A stretch of DNA of 64,000 nt, taken from positions 1 through 64,000 of the IMG/VR virus record IMGVR_UViG_3300021518_000005. One strand, 5' to 3'. The translations under genes and the position numbers were made by a program. This stretch comes from a virus. Below are positions 63,265 through 64,000 of the stretch, piece by piece. Position 1 is the stretch's first letter. Every line of letters begins with the position of its first letter. The notes below the pieces were generated by a model that ran no database searches, was not told where the DNA came from, and saw nothing but the letters and a program-made list of their open reading frames with translations.

Positions 63265-63396
63265 GACAACTCCATTACTAAATATCATACCTATATATGA
63301 TGGTATCATGTCTACAAATGATTGTCAAATGGTACTATAAAGCGCCCTGCAATGCGTATTACAGCATCACAAGGCGCTACAACGTGTTCAACTAAT

Positions 63397-63948
63397 CTAA
63401 TTCACGCCGTAAATACTCATGTAGTCCAGTGGATTAACATTAACCCCATTTCTCCATAGCTCGAAATGAAGATGCACGCCGGTTGACATGCCTGTAGATC
63501 CCATCAAGCCCAATACATCACCCGGCCTTACCTGTTGCCCGTCCTCTACTTTGATATGTGACAAGTGACAATACTTCGTCATCCATTCATCGCCTTGCAC
63601 GATAACGCAATTACCACCCGGCCATGTATCGTGATGCGCCGCTACTGTACCAGCATGCACGGCATACAGTGGTGCGTCAACACTTAACGCCGGTATACCA
63701 GCGACAATTACATCAATCCCGCCCCACGCCGCGCCCTGTGCCGCATGTGTCGGCCCATAGTAATCCTGTGTCATAAACGCCTGTTGTGGCCCGAGCGGGC
63801 TTTGAAATGGCGCTACGTGGCTTGAGGCTTTCACTTCGCCCATTATACCTTGTAGGCTCTGATATGGTACCGACCATCCTAGCATGTTCGGATTCGCACA
63901 GCCGTACACGAGAAAAAGTACAACTGAGATAGTAATAATGTTGCGCAT
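63397..63948 (-). CDS. M23 family peptidase (possible lipoprotein)
   Basis: GID, GGN.V, YCHL, MGSTGMSTGVHLHFE, VNP; signal peptide ending VYGC. Confidence 0.88.
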   Translation of the reverse strand: MRNIITISVVLFLVYGCANPNMLGWSVPYQSLQGIMGEVKASSHVAPFQSPLGPQQAFMTQDYYGPTHAAQGAAWGGIDVIVAGIPALSVDAPLYAVHAGTVAAHHDTWPGGNCVIVQGDEWMTKYCHLSHIKVEDGQQVRPGDVLGLMGSTGMSTGVHLHFELWRNGVNVNPLDYMSIYGVN

Positions 63949-64000
63949 AGAATAAAAAAGCGCCGGAGTGTTCCGGCGCTTTTCCTTTCTTCTCCCATTT

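Overview
A 64-kb segment of a temperate, tailed (siphovirus-like) phage. The host is probably a filamentous Chloroflexota; this is inferred from a small secreted protein ending in YLPIIR and is unconfirmed. 1-12.1 kb (+): tape measure, tail and tail-fibre genes, holins and an amidase endolysin. 12.2-28 kb (-): early and accessory genes, including an inserted TnpB element, an RNA ligase, a PAPS-reductase-like protein, methyltransferases, a DnaJ-domain protein, a beta clamp, DUF5131 and a MYG1/DHH-like protein. 28.1-36 kb (+): a plasmid/AICE-like module with an iteron-type origin, HTH proteins, Spd-like membrane proteins, and an FtsK/TraB-like translocase overlapping a dense CAAGT/CTTAAG repeat array. 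36.4-37.1 kb: a non-coding RNA cluster with a tmRNA-like RNA lacking the mRNA domain, a ~430-nt structured RNA and an atypical tRNA. 39.3 kb: an intact attP (3' part of tRNA-Gly), with tyrosine integrase and excisionase at 41.4-43.3 kb. 44-60 kb (-): nucleotide metabolism and replication, including a class II RNR split by a LAGLIDADG group I intron and an HNH intein, ThyX, dCMP deaminase, helicase, primase and SSB. About 12 sigma70-type promoters share a palindromic CTTACC-N5-GGTAAG operator. The best candidates for an undescribed system are the TraB/Spd-like module with its repeat array and the ncRNA cluster. All family calls come from motifs recognised by eye; no database search was run.
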